Below are positions 42,614 to 55,736 of a stretch of 64,000 nt of DNA, one piece after another. Positions within the stretch are counted from its first letter, which is position 1. Each line of letters opens with the position of its first letter. Source of the stretch: Octopus vulgaris (taxonomy: Eukaryota). Where the stretch lies: assembly GCA_951406725.2 (NCBI GenBank), contig OX597833.1, positions 64,976,001 through 65,040,000 of the forward strand. Reading direction: 5' to 3'. The notes beneath the pieces are model-generated. The model had not been told where the DNA came from, made no database searches, and was given only the letters and a program-made list of their open reading frames with translations. A program made the translations under genes and the position numbers.

Positions 42614-42880
42614 CCAACAACAACACCACCACCACCACCACCACCATCTATCTTCATCATTGCTTTCGCCGTCATCCCCTCCTGTTTCTCCTCTTATCCT
42701 GCCTCTTCCCTCCTCCTCCTCCTCCCGCTCCCGCTTCTCCTCCTTCTGCTCCCCCCGTTCCTTCTGCTTCTCCTCCTTTTTCTCCTCTTCCTCCCCACCT
42801 CCTCCTCCTCCTCCTCATCCTCATCATCATCATCATCATTATCATCACCATCATTATCATCACCATCATCGTCATCGTTG
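42288..42880. repeat. Compound (TCA)n/(CCA)n/(CCT)n low-complexity tract
   Basis: Direct inspection; explains the poly-Ser ORF 42197-42967. Confidence 0.95.
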
Positions 42881-43129
42881 GATCTTACACAAGAAATACT
42901 TCTTTTCTTTCAAAAGACATTATTAATGATAATGCCATTAAAAGTGTCAGGATTCGGCCCCCATTAGCAAAATTAATGCTAACATAATTAATATAGCGAA
43001 ATATGAATTTTAATGAATAATATTACAGACGTAGTGTAGGAGAAAAACTCGATGATTATATGTAAGCTAAATGGTGAATTCTGACGAAGAGAGGCAGGGG
43101 AAACAACTCTTCAGTTTTAATAAAGTATT

Positions 43130-43247
43130 CTTTTCTACTCTAGGCAAAAGGCTCGAAATTTTGTGGGAGGGGCCAGTCGATTAGCTCGACCTCAGTATGC
43201 AACTGGTACTTAATTTATCGATGAAAGGCAAAGTCGACCTCGGCGTA
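43130..43247 (-). mobile_element. Family-B SINE 3' fragment
   Basis: CTACTCTAGGCAAAAGG..AACTGGTACTTAATTTATCGA..GGCAAAGTCGACCTCGGCG. Confidence 0.8.
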
Positions 43248-43423
43248 TATTTTGGTGAGGTTGTGTTCCAATGTCTTTCTATTATCATTTATTTGTTGCA
43301 GTCACTGGACTGCAGTCTTCTGGGATGCACTTCGACTCTTGGTGCTTAAAAGATGTTGCCGAAAGACATATGAGACGACATTCAAAGCATCTACCGCTTT
43401 GTTTAGTTGATCATCCTCTAGAG

Positions 43424-43473
43424 CAGTGGTGGTCTGCAAGGAAAGTACTTGGGGTCCGTGAACTAAATTCAAG

Positions 43474-43521
<48 letters not shown>

Positions 43522-43551
43522 CTCTCTCTATATATATATATATATTTGTAC

Positions 43552-43582
<31 letters not shown>

Positions 43583-43873
43583 CAGGTATATGTGGGTGCA
43601 TATATATATATATATTTGCACGTATATGTCTATATATATGCAGGTATATGTGTATATATATATATATATATATGTAAATATATATATAAACAAAACTTGG
43701 CTTAAACAGTATTCAAATAATCCTACCAGGTGGTGCTATTAAATTAGACATGACCTGGACCAATCTTTAGTCGAAACATATCTAAGTTTTATCTAAGTTT
43801 TATATATATATATATTTTTTTTTTTGCACGTATATGTATATATATATATGCAGGTATATGTGTATATATATAC

Positions 43874-43916
<43 letters not shown>

Positions 43917-44006
43917 TATATATAAATGAGAGTAAGCATATTAAAGAGGATCCGTGGAAAAGTTCATTTAAATAAAAGGGTTGGGGAGCAATGTTGAGAA
44001 CCACTG
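43424..44006. mobile_element. hAT (Charlie-type) non-autonomous element with nested (TA)n and LINE tail
   Basis: Perfect 8-bp TSD CTCTAGAG (43416-43423, 44007-44014); termini CAGTGGT / TTGAGAACCACTG. Confidence 0.88.
43690..43801 (+). mobile_element. Isolated CR1/Jockey-group LINE 3' tail
   Basis: Matches 3600-3708 (AATCCTA.CAGGTGGTGCTATTAA..CCTGGACCAATCTTT.GTCGAAACAT). Confidence 0.85.
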
Positions 44007-44652
44007 CTCTAGAGTAATGGAAGGGCTGTGTAGGTTTTGTTGTACCAAAGATAAACATTTTCGCAAGAAGAGCCATCAGTGAATTTGTCCAGGTAGGAAT
44101 AACCAACGTCAAGATTGAGCGAGCTTGTGAAAACATATGTAGTTGTGTCGGTCAGAAGCACTGTTCTAATTAGAGGGGGGAATAATTCCGCCTTTGCAGA
44201 AACAATTTAGTTATATAACGAAATAAACAGCTACCGCACTTGCCCTATATTAGAATCGACTCAGCACTGACAGCTCCCATTGTTCTGAAAATCCAAGTCC
44301 TATTAACTGAATCCGATAGCTTACAGATCAAAGGGCTGTCGTTGAAAAGTTTATCGTTGATGTACATCGATATGTATTGTATAGTTTCTTTCATATCTTG
44401 CCTCTTAAACAAAAGCAGTCAAACAAGCTCTGCTTTTTGACTTGCAGCATATAAAACCTCATGACCCACATTATGCGTTTAGACAGTGAGTGTAATGGCG
44501 ACTTGGATACAGATTTACACGTCATATTTTGCCTGGTTGATCACAGGTGCAGTGTACGTATGTGCATAACTGGGAAACGTTGGCGTGAAACATCGATTTG
44601 TTCTATATGAATATAAACTCTGTCATATGCCCGCGTATGTATCTGTGTAGAC

Positions 44653-44693
<41 letters not shown>

Positions 44694-44797
44694 TGTGTCT
44701 GTGTATGTATGTATATATATATATATATATCGACTAAATTGCATTTTCACACCTTTTTTCTTATATAATCCCACTCGTGCGATACCCCACAACTCAA

Positions 44798-44865
<68 letters not shown>

Positions 44866-45319
44866 CATATATATAAATACATATACATATATATACATAT
44901 ACATATACATATATATAGATATTAAAATACATGTATGTATATATAAATATTAATATATACGTCTATATATACTTATAGATAAATGATAATGATTATTATA
45001 TACACACACACACACATATATATATATAAATGTGTGTGTATAATATATATATATATATATATATGTATGCGGAACGCATACATGTACATACATACATATA
45101 TACATCTACGTGTATTCGGATAAGTATACATCTCTAATATGTGTATATATGAGTACCTGTGTGGAGGTGTACATATGCAGGTATGTATTTAGCTGTACAT
45201 GTGAGAGTGGGCACAAGTGTATTTGCAATAGAAATACCGTAATCCGCAAGGAATTCGTGGCACATTTCCAACACAAAGCACCATTAGGTTTACAAGAATT
45301 GGTGTCTTGGGTGCTATTG

Positions 45320-46250
<931 letters not shown>

Positions 46251-46573
46251 GTGGGTATAGTGCGCTTCGTGTATTTGTACCCCACTGTCTCTTTGATGGC
46301 ATGCACTGCTCTCTCACTCAATGAAAATTGCACTTCAGTTTTGGAGCTTTGAAGAAGCTATAATATGATACACAAACCCTCACCTATATGTGCGTTGCAT
46401 GTTATTTCCGAAATACATGTAAGACAATGAACAACATTACATAATTTCTCGTTCCCCTGTCATCTCTACAATTTCTTATCACTCCCTATACTCTATTAAT
46501 GCATTCTTCTAACGCAGATGCATATTGAGGTCTCACACCAGGTTATTATTACTACTGGGCTGAAGCGAATTAT

Positions 46574-46620
<47 letters not shown>

Positions 46621-46720
46621 CATATATATATATGTGTGTCTGTATGTCTGTGTGTGTGTGAGCATTGATAGATAGGTTGATATAATATTATATACGTTAT
46701 ATTATATTATATACAAATAC

Positions 46721-46752
<32 letters not shown>

Positions 46753-46767
46753 TTATATATAAATATG

Positions 46768-46827
<60 letters not shown>

Positions 46828-46862
46828 TATACATATATATACATATATATATATACATATAC

Positions 46863-46967
<105 letters not shown>

Positions 46968-47409
46968 AGTGTGCGTTTGTGAGTCTGTATCTGTGCATGT
47001 TCATAAACTCCAAGGCTAATATATTGGATCCGATATTAATACCTTTGTATTAAATATTTCTCTGTAATCTGTCATAAAACGATGGCATAAAAGATTGCCT
47101 CTGTTTATGAAGTCCGGCAGACTCCCAGTCGAACGCCTGCATTGTATCTTGTTAATAAAATTGAAGGTCATCTTCAAATCATTGTCAGCATACAACTGGA
47201 TTGCACAGTTATAAATTCTCTTATTAGTGGATGCTTTCTATTCCTCGGTTCCCTTTGCAATAGTTTTACCGCTTTCATTATGGCTGTTTGGCCTGATTAT
47301 CCTGTCTCTTCATATATGTATATGTGTATGAATGTTTGTTTGTCTGTTTGTACTCTTTATATTTCACTATATCTGAGCATTTTAATTACAGATAGATAGA
47401 TAAGAGGAT

Positions 47410-47511
<102 letters not shown>

Positions 47512-47516
47512 ATATA

Positions 47517-47701
47517 CTTTATTTAAAAGCAGTAGAAATTCAACAAAACCTGTTACTCGGAGTTTCACGTTCCCGTTCGTCGGACAGTTTTGTTAACAGG
47601 TTTTGTTGAATTTCTGCTGATTTTAAATAAAGCATATTACTCTACCCCTGGTATTTGAGTACTCTTTTTTCCACCTTGTTTCATATTTATGTGTTTACTC
47701 C

Positions 47702-47704
<3 letters not shown>
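47517..47704. mobile_element. (TA)n-embedded fold-back PLE-LTR-like element
   Basis: Inverted arms 47517-47555 / 47594-47632; HHR in the loop; AATAAA..GTATTTGAGTAC tail resembling 6210-6250. Confidence 0.8.
47542..47594 (-). ncRNA. Type-I hammerhead motif (U4C variant)
   Basis: AACAAAACTGT CCGACGA ACG-GGAA-CGT GAA ACTCCGAGT A ACAGGTTTTGTT. Confidence 0.7.
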
Positions 47705-47764
<60 letters not shown>

Positions 47765-47767
<3 letters not shown>

Positions 47768-47932
47768 TTAATCCAAATAAGAAAGCACAAAAAAACTCAA
47801 CAATGCGAGGACGTGGAACAAATATAGTACTTTGGGACGCTCAGGAAAGAAGGAAAGAAGGAGGGTATAACGTTTCGAGTGGAGCTCTTCGTCGGAAACA
47901 TAGGAGAAGGAACGATCCAGAGAAGGGAAGAC
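47765..47932 (-). mobile_element. PLE-LTR-like element with minimal HHR, same family as 63252-63460
   Basis: Minus strand GTTT CCGACGA A GAGCTCCACTC GAAACGTT; abuts (TA)n. Confidence 0.7.
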
Positions 47933-47974
47933 ATGAATTTGTGTTGCATAATGCCCGTTAAACTGTGTTGAAAG

Positions 47975-48250
47975 AAATATCGTTATATTTCGGGATTTCT
48001 ATTTTCTTGCTTAAGAAACATGCGCACTATATATGTGTTTTTCACTCGATTGTTACTGTTCTTTCAACTGATATCTGTTGTCCGGAAATCTTTCGTCACT
48101 CATCACTGGCCTTCTCAGCGACATTTTGCGGAGAATGATCGTCAGTTAAAACAAGAACACCAATAAATACGTAAACGAGTGAAGACCGTATATATAGTGT
48201 GGGTATATTTGGCTAAAAGAGAAATGGCTATCCGGAAATATAACAATATA
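47975..48250. mobile_element. Old degenerate fold-back element with HHR remnant in its centre
   Basis: ATATCGTTATATTTCGGGAT..CACTATATA vs TATATAGTG..ATCCGGAAATATAACAATAT; minus-strand CTGAGAA..GACGAAAG at about 48090-48118. Confidence 0.45.
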
Positions 48251-48284
48251 TATCTATAACAACATACACACACACACACACACA

Positions 48285-48321
<37 letters not shown>

Positions 48322-48328
<7 letters not shown>

Positions 48329-48592
48329 AGTAAAAAGTGAAAAAACTACAGAAGGCTGTTTTAAAAGCTTAAAAATATATATATTTGAGTCAATATGTCT
48401 GAAGAATATCATAAATATTTTTCTTACAATGACATAATTTAGAAGAAATGACCGGTTTCGCGTATAATATTATTCAGACATATTGACTCAAATATATATT
48501 TTTTAACCTTTTAAAACAGCCTTCTGTAGTTTTTTCACTTTTTACTATTTTCTATATATTCAACCACGTGCTTTCACAAACCAACTTTCTCA

Positions 48593-48635
<43 letters not shown>

Positions 48636-48895
48636 TGAGAAAGTTGGTGTGTGAAAGCACGTGGGTGGATATATAGAAAATAGTAAAAAGTGAAAAAACT
48701 ACAGAAGGCTTGTTTTATAAGGTTAAAGTATATATTTTAGTCATTATGTTAGAAGAATGTTATAAAATTTTGAACGTTATAAAATTACTGTACGAAAAAA
48801 AATTTTAATATTCTTCCAACATAATGACTCAAATATATTCTTTAACCTTATAAAACAAGCCTTTTGTAGTTTTTTCACTTTTTACTATTTTCTAT
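48322..48895. mobile_element. Two mirror-image fold-back elements separated by (TA)n
   Basis: AAAATAGTAAAAAGTGAAAAAACTACAGAAGGCT occurs +,-,+,-; minus-strand GAAACCGGTC at 48450-48459. Confidence 0.85.
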
Positions 48896-48914
48896 ATATA
48901 TATGTGTATATACA

Positions 48915-49014
<100 letters not shown>

Positions 49015-49090
49015 TCAATCTTCAATATCCAAAAATTTGGCATGTATCATTAAACTCCAGTGCAACTTTCCCTTAAACTATATTACTCCA

Positions 49091-49160
<70 letters not shown>

Positions 49161-49181
<21 letters not shown>

Positions 49182-49392
49182 TGACATTTCTGTGATAACG
49201 ATCCCTATTGATCAATTTTTTTTCCTCTCCCTCTTTTTTTAACCCCCCTTTTTTTGTCCTCTTTCTCTCCTTTTACGATCCCTTCTGATCGAAACTCCCC
49301 TTCCTTTTTTTTTTTTAAACCTTTCAAAAGAAAAGCTCTACCTTGTAATTTGTTCTATCTGTGTGCAGCCCTGTGTGGCTAATAAAAAAACA
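49161..49392 (+). mobile_element. Probable LINE 3' UTR inserted in (TATC)n
   Basis: Pyrimidine-rich UTR ending TCTGTGTGCAGCCCTGTGTGGCTAATAAAA, flanked on both sides by (TATC)n. Confidence 0.5.
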
Positions 49393-49446
49393 TATCTATC
49401 TATCTATATATCTATCTATCTATCTTTCTATCTATCTATCTATATG

Positions 49447-49509
<63 letters not shown>

Positions 49510-49671
49510 CTCTGTCTGTCTATCTGCCTATCTGTCTATCTATCTATATGTCTCTCTGTCTATCTATCTGCATATCTCTCTTTCTCTCTCTTCCTCTCTT
49601 TCTCTCTCTTTCTCTGTATCTACCTATCTCTATCTATCTGCATTCACGTACGCACATAGTGCCTTATACAC

Positions 49672-49723
<52 letters not shown>

Positions 49724-49986
49724 ATATAAGCATGTATTACTTCTCATTCGTCAATGTATATTCCTCACTTCCCCCGACACACCACCCATTTCCCTGATAT
49801 CCAATATTGTATTGCACCGTATCACCCCGAATCTTCCTATTCTACCCGTTTCTCATTCCAAATGTCTTACTCACAATTCTCTATTATTCATTGTAAAATG
49901 ATATTCGATCTCATTAACTTCCTATTTCTTTCTTCCACAACTTCTCTACTTAATGTCTAGTTATGCATGTATACCAATATATATTT

Positions 49987-50023
<37 letters not shown>

Positions 50024-50025
50024 TA

Positions 50026-50068
<43 letters not shown>

Positions 50069-50145
50069 ATATATATATGTCTGTGTAAATATATATATAT
50101 ATATGTATGTGTATATATATATGCGTGTATATATATATATATACT

Positions 50146-50189
<44 letters not shown>

Positions 50190-50213
50190 GTGTATATATA
50201 TATGTCTGTGTAA

Positions 50214-50275
<62 letters not shown>

Positions 50276-50320
50276 GTATGTGTATATATATATATATATG
50301 TGTGTGTATATATATATATA

Positions 50321-50357
<37 letters not shown>

Positions 50358-51032
50358 GCAGTTAGTCATATATATATGAAGACATACGTACACACATGTA
50401 ATCTATAATTCTATTTCTTTATCTCTTACTCACTCTCTCTCTCTCCACCTCTGTTAATTTTTCCTTTCATCTATCATCAATCATCTTCCTCTCTCTCTCT
50501 CCTATCTACCTCTTACTATTTCTCTCTCTCCCCCTTTCTATCTCCCTCTCTCTAATCTCCTTTTTATATTCTCTTCTTTTCACATCACTCTTGATTTTTT
50601 CCAGTCTTTCTCCTTCATGTTTCCCCACCGTCCTTTACTTCCTACATTCACATATTCTTTTTACTACTATTTCTCCATACTGTCCCTTTTCTTTTTCCCC
50701 TCCTCTCTCTCTCTCTCTCTCTCTCCCTCTATGTTTTTCTCCCGCTCTTTCTTCCTCTGCAGCCTTTCTCTCAACGCCATTTCTTTCCCAATCTCATACA
50801 ACCCAGACATCTATAATGTGTCATCATTACCAATTATCTCCATAAAAATCTATCCTCACGCGACCAATAATCTTGCACTAAAAGACACACCACTATCTTA
50901 TGATTTATTGACATCACGAGAACGCATACGTGGTCGCTTCTCCTGCTAGAAATAGCACACAAACCCAAGTAAATCAAGAAAGAGGCCTCAAAAAGATTAT
51001 ATCTGTGATTGGACAGGATCATATAGTATTAT

Positions 51033-51266
51033 ATATTTCTTTACTACCCACAAGGGACTAAACACAGAGGGGACAGACAAGGACAGACATAGGTGTCAAG
51101 TCCATTACATCGACCCCAATGTATAACTGGTACATAATTTATCGACCCCGAAAGGATGAAAGGCAAAGGCGACCTCGGCGGAATTTGAACCCAGAACGTA
51201 ACGGCAGGCGAAATACGGCTACCCATTTAGCCCGGTGTGCTAACGATTCTGCCAGCTCGCCGCCTT
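51033..51266 (-). mobile_element. Family-B SINE, full length
   Basis: 20-bp TSD ACAGGATC(A/G)TATAGTATTAT at 51013-51032 and 51269-51288; tRNA-like head GGCGGCGAGCTGGCAGAATCG. Confidence 0.93.
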
Positions 51267-51704
51267 GAACAGGATCGTATAGTATTATCGACCAGATGGT
51301 TAAATTAGTGACGTATTCGTCATAAGAAGAGTCATACATTTCTGAATGTTGCGTATATATATATGTAAAAATATGTGCTGATGTGGGGACTATTCTCTGA
51401 GAGAGACCAGCAGTTACCCAATAATTCATTGCGCTCAGACCTTCACGTCAATGACGTGTTTATACACGGGAAATATTTCCGAACTTGGTAGATACAACTT
51501 GACAGCAGCGTTGGTGTGTTTATATGTTTGCATATATGCATATATGCATACAACTTGTTACTTCTCACAATATATTCTTACTTCCAACGTCTCAGCAAAA
51601 CATTGAGAAGAGAAATTGCAATGTATTGGAGACAAAGTCTTCGATCGATATGAAAGTAAATAATTTAACATCTTTTCCGGCATAGAAATCGACGTAATAC
51701 TGCG

Positions 51705-51905
51705 CCATGATAGATCGTTAGCCACTACTTACATTTCTTTCTCTCTTTGTTTCTCTCGTTGATTTTTTTCTGTGTCCCTTTCCGTAGAAGAGCGTAGGCT
51801 CGAAACGTAAAAGACTTTTTCTATTCCTGAGCGTTATACTAATACGTCTGTTTGTTTTCTACACCACCTGCCTAGGTCTTTTGTTTTATTCGTGAAATCT
51901 CCCCA
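51705..51905 (+). mobile_element. PLE-LTR-like element with variant minimal HHR (51774-51815)
   Basis: GTCCCTTT CCGTAGA A GAGC-GTAG-GCTC GAA ACGT A AAAGAC; related copy at 59910-60118. Confidence 0.65.
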
Positions 51906-52087
51906 ATTATCACACGCTCACGTGGTCGCACCAGTTGATCCTGCCACCTGTTATCACCCACGAACTTCTCCATTGGAATGTCTACCTTTCTACCCTTTAC
52001 GGATTCTTTTTTGGACATTTTACGCTACGGCTGCAACTCTCCTATCTATGGATTACTTTGGACTCTACTTTTGATAGTATATATACC

Positions 52088-52131
<44 letters not shown>

Positions 52132-52182
52132 CATATATACATATATACATATATACATTTATATATATATATATATATATGC

Positions 52183-52215
<33 letters not shown>

Positions 52216-52229
52216 TACATATATACATT

Positions 52230-52309
<80 letters not shown>

Positions 52310-52390
52310 CTTTGATACTTTGATACTTTGATAGGTTTCGGCCATTATTGGCCCAGGCCATGTCCAACTTAATAGCACCACCTGGTGCAC
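52310..52390 (-). mobile_element. Isolated LINE 3' tail with (TATCAAAG)x3
   Basis: Reverse complement CCAGGTGGTGCTATTAAGTTGGACATGGCCTGGGCCAATAATGGCCGAAAC, homologous to 3640-3690. Confidence 0.8.
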
Positions 52391-52428
<38 letters not shown>

Positions 52429-52431
52429 TAT

Positions 52432-52620
52432 GTAATCCTTTGTCTTTCTGTCTGAGCCCAATGCATTCTCAAACGACTCAACCAAACGAAATCAAATTTT
52501 ACATGGTAATACTATGAGACCCCAGAAGTGTCAACATGTAACTTTTGGGTTTTAAATCAATGCAATACTACCACTGGTTCCGGTTTACGTATCAAAACTA
52601 GAAGAATAAACGTGAACACT
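52432..52620 (+). mobile_element. Possible Helentron/DINE-1-like fragment
   Basis: TCTGTCTG..CTCAAACGACTCAACCAAACGAAATCAAATTTTACATG resembles the DINE-1/HINE core. Confidence 0.35.
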
Positions 52621-52729
52621 TCGACGTACTAACAGTTATAAATAGATTGACTTTGATACTGTTTCCCTTTTAAGAGTTTCACTATATATATATATATATA
52701 TACGTTTAGGTGTATATATTCGCTTTGCA

Positions 52730-53290
52730 AGATCGATAGAATAAGTGTAAAATTAGCACCAGGCATCAAAATAGACTCAGGTCGCTTAGTTTGACTAAAA
52801 GTGGTCAAGGTCGTGCTCCAGTATAGCTGCAGTCTCATGCCTGAAAAGTGGAGAAAAGTGTCTGAGTGGTAAGAAGTTTTCTTCCCAATAACACACACTC
52901 GTACACACTTCCATGGTTTCGGGTTCAGTCGCACTGTGTGGCACCTTGGGCAAGTGTCTTCTTCTATAACTTCGTGCTGATCAAAGCCTTTGCGTGTAGA
53001 TTTAGTAGATGAAAACTGAAAGAAGCCCTTCGTATTTATATATAGTAATGTGTGTGTGTGTGTCTTGTGCCTGTTTGTCCCCACCCATCATCGCTTGGCA
53101 ACCGACGTTGTTGTGTTTCCGTCCTTGTAACTTAATGGCTCTGCCTAAGACACCGATAGGATGAGTATTAGGCTTATAAAAAATAAGTCGATTTTTAGTC
53201 GATTTCTTCGACTAAACCCTTTAAGGTTTTGCTCCAGCATGACCGCAATCAAACGACTGAACCAAGTAAAAGAATAAAAGAATAAAAGGA
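52730..53290 (+). mobile_element. Family-A SINE (52862-53290) preceded by a degenerate 3' fragment
   Basis: Family motifs, (AATAAAAG)n tail. Confidence 0.85.
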
Positions 53291-53982
53291 AATCGCAGAA
53301 TATTTCTTTCACAATAATAATAAAGGAAACAATATAAAAAGAAAACAAAAAAAAAGAAACAAATATTGAAATCGATGGTTTTTTGCATACAGGTATTTAA
53401 TCATGCTGGAACTCTTACGGTATTGATCATTTACTAATCGATCATCTATAAATATATGTGAGACTGATAATTTTTACTTTGAACAGGGAATTCCCGAAAA
53501 ATAATGCAAAGGAAAAGGATGCAACATGGCGATGTATTATGCAACATGGCGGCATCAATAAAGTCTTTATCGGCGAATCAGCAGACGTTCCGCTGTGATG
53601 TCCCGCTTAAACATGCTCTTACGTGCTTCTGTGATGTTTATTTGAATAACGACACTCACGCATTAAATCATAGGGGCATATATATCAATATGCACACACA
53701 CACACTCATACACACACACACTCATACACACACACACTCATACACACACACACTCATACACACACACACTCATACACACACACACTCATACACACACGCT
53801 GACATACATATATGTAAATATATATAAATACATGCATATATATATAGGCATATATATTATATATGTATGTATATATGTATGTGTATATATATACTATGTA
53901 TAAGGTATAGATATGATTATATTATGTATATATATATAGTATATATATGTATACATGTATGTATATATATATATATACACAT

Positions 53983-54018
<36 letters not shown>

Positions 54019-54075
54019 TCTTTTACTCTTTTACTTGTTTTAGTCATTTGACTGCGGCCATGTATGTATATGTAT

Positions 54076-54300
54076 ATGTATACATACCAAGTCAGTCGGG
54101 TATGTGCGAATAATACCCGACTGACTTGATATGTATACATTATTTTGAATAAGTCCAACTATTACTTTCTTGTAAAAACTCTGAGATTTGGCATATTCTT
54201 CTTTAACGTTTCTTTTGTCTCCAAGCAATCCCTAGGTTCAAGCCAATGGTTAATTTTATTTTAAAATCATGTGCCCAGAGCTAGATGATTGCTTGGAGAC
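54076..54300. other. Two long hairpins (54076-54140 and 54217-54300)
   Basis: CAAGTCAGTCGGGTAT/ATACCCGACTGACTTG (16 bp perfect, extendable to about 28) and GTCTCCAAGCAATC/GATTGCTTGGAGAC (14 bp perfect). Confidence 0.85.
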
Positions 54301-54514
54301 GTAAGACATTTTATATAAACCTGTCTAATGTATGGCAAGAAACCATTTTAAGTAGCATTTACATCAATATTATTTTAAATCCTGTGTACACCAAATGATA
54401 TTAATTTCTCACTGAATGGGGTACCTTTTCTTTAAGCCTTTAATGAAGGAACAACAACTTATATAATATATTCATATGTATTGCTTACGTATGTATTCAT
54501 ATAAATAAATATAT

Positions 54515-54965
54515 CGGTGGAGTGGCTGTGTGGTAAGTAGTTTGCTGATGAACCACATGTTTCCAGGTTCAGCCCCGCTGCATGGCACCTTCGCCAACTG
54601 CTTTCTACTATAGCCTCGTGCCGACCAAGCACTTGTGAGTGGATTTGGTAGACGGAAATTAAAAGAAGCCCTTTGTATATATATATATATATATAGATAT
54701 GCGTGTGTGTGTGTGTCTGAGTGTGTGTGTGCGTGCGTGTGTGGGTGTGTGTGCGTGTGTCCGTGCGTGTATGTATGTATGTTTGTGTGTCAGTGTTTGT
54801 CCACGCACAATCGCTTGACAACCGATACTGGTGTGTTTACGTCCCCCATAAAATTAGCGGTTCGGCAAAAAGAGACCAATAGAATAAGTACTGCCGTTGT
54901 GTCTATCTGTTCGACTAAAGGCGTCGCTCTAGTATGGCGACAAATGACTGAAACGAATAAAAAGA
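54515..54965 (+). mobile_element. Family-A SINE, older
   Basis: GGAGTGGCTGTGTGGTAAGTAG head, internal microsatellite, ATGACTGAAAC tail. Confidence 0.88.
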
Positions 54966-55371
54966 AAGGAAAAAAGAATATATGTGTGTGTGTGTGTGTA
55001 TTATGCAAGTATGTATATCATAAAGAGCTTGGAGAAATAACTCCTGTGACGCATTTGTTCAACCAAACAAGAATCGATGTATTGAAGATATTCTAGAAAT
55101 GTTCTTGAATTTGTGAATATTTCGCATATTCCAGAGAAAGGCGAACGGACACGCAGCGACAATTGAGACAAATTTTGGAAGGAAAATAGCGTGAAACAAG
55201 AAAATATTCGCCATATACACTTATAAAGAAAGATTTATGTACGAGCTATGTGCGAAACGTTTTGAGCATTCAAGGCCTTTGAGCCTTGAAGTCTTGTACC
55301 TTCATCAGAAATCTTGTACTATGTTTTGTTTTTTTTGAGGCTCAAGACTTTTCATACACCCCTCGTAGATA

Positions 55372-55604
55372 TGTTTCTTTATTACCCACAAGGGACTAAA
55401 CATAGAGGGGGAAAAGAAGGCCAGACAAACGGATTAAGTCGATTATATCGACCTCAGTGCGTAACTGGTACTTCATTTATCGATCCCGTATGGATGAAAG
55501 GAAAAGTCGACCTCGGCGGAATATGAACTCAGAACGTAACGGCAGACGAAATACGGCTACGCACTTCGCCCGGCGTGCTAACGATTCTGCCATCTCGCCG
55601 CCTT
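55372..55604 (-). mobile_element. Family-B SINE, full length
   Basis: Family match; imperfect TSD ACACCCCT(C/A)GTA(G/T)ATAT at 55356 and 55607. Confidence 0.92.
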
Positions 55605-55615
55605 AAACACCCCTA

Positions 55616-55736
<121 letters not shown>

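Noticed and set aside
42197-42967. 256-aa Ser/Leu-rich ORF (longest in the window)
   Set aside because: Produced by (TCA)n/(CCT)n repeats lacking stops; no domain signal.
43081-43115. CTGACGA..GAAAC possible hammerhead
   Set aside because: No pairing for stems I, II or III.
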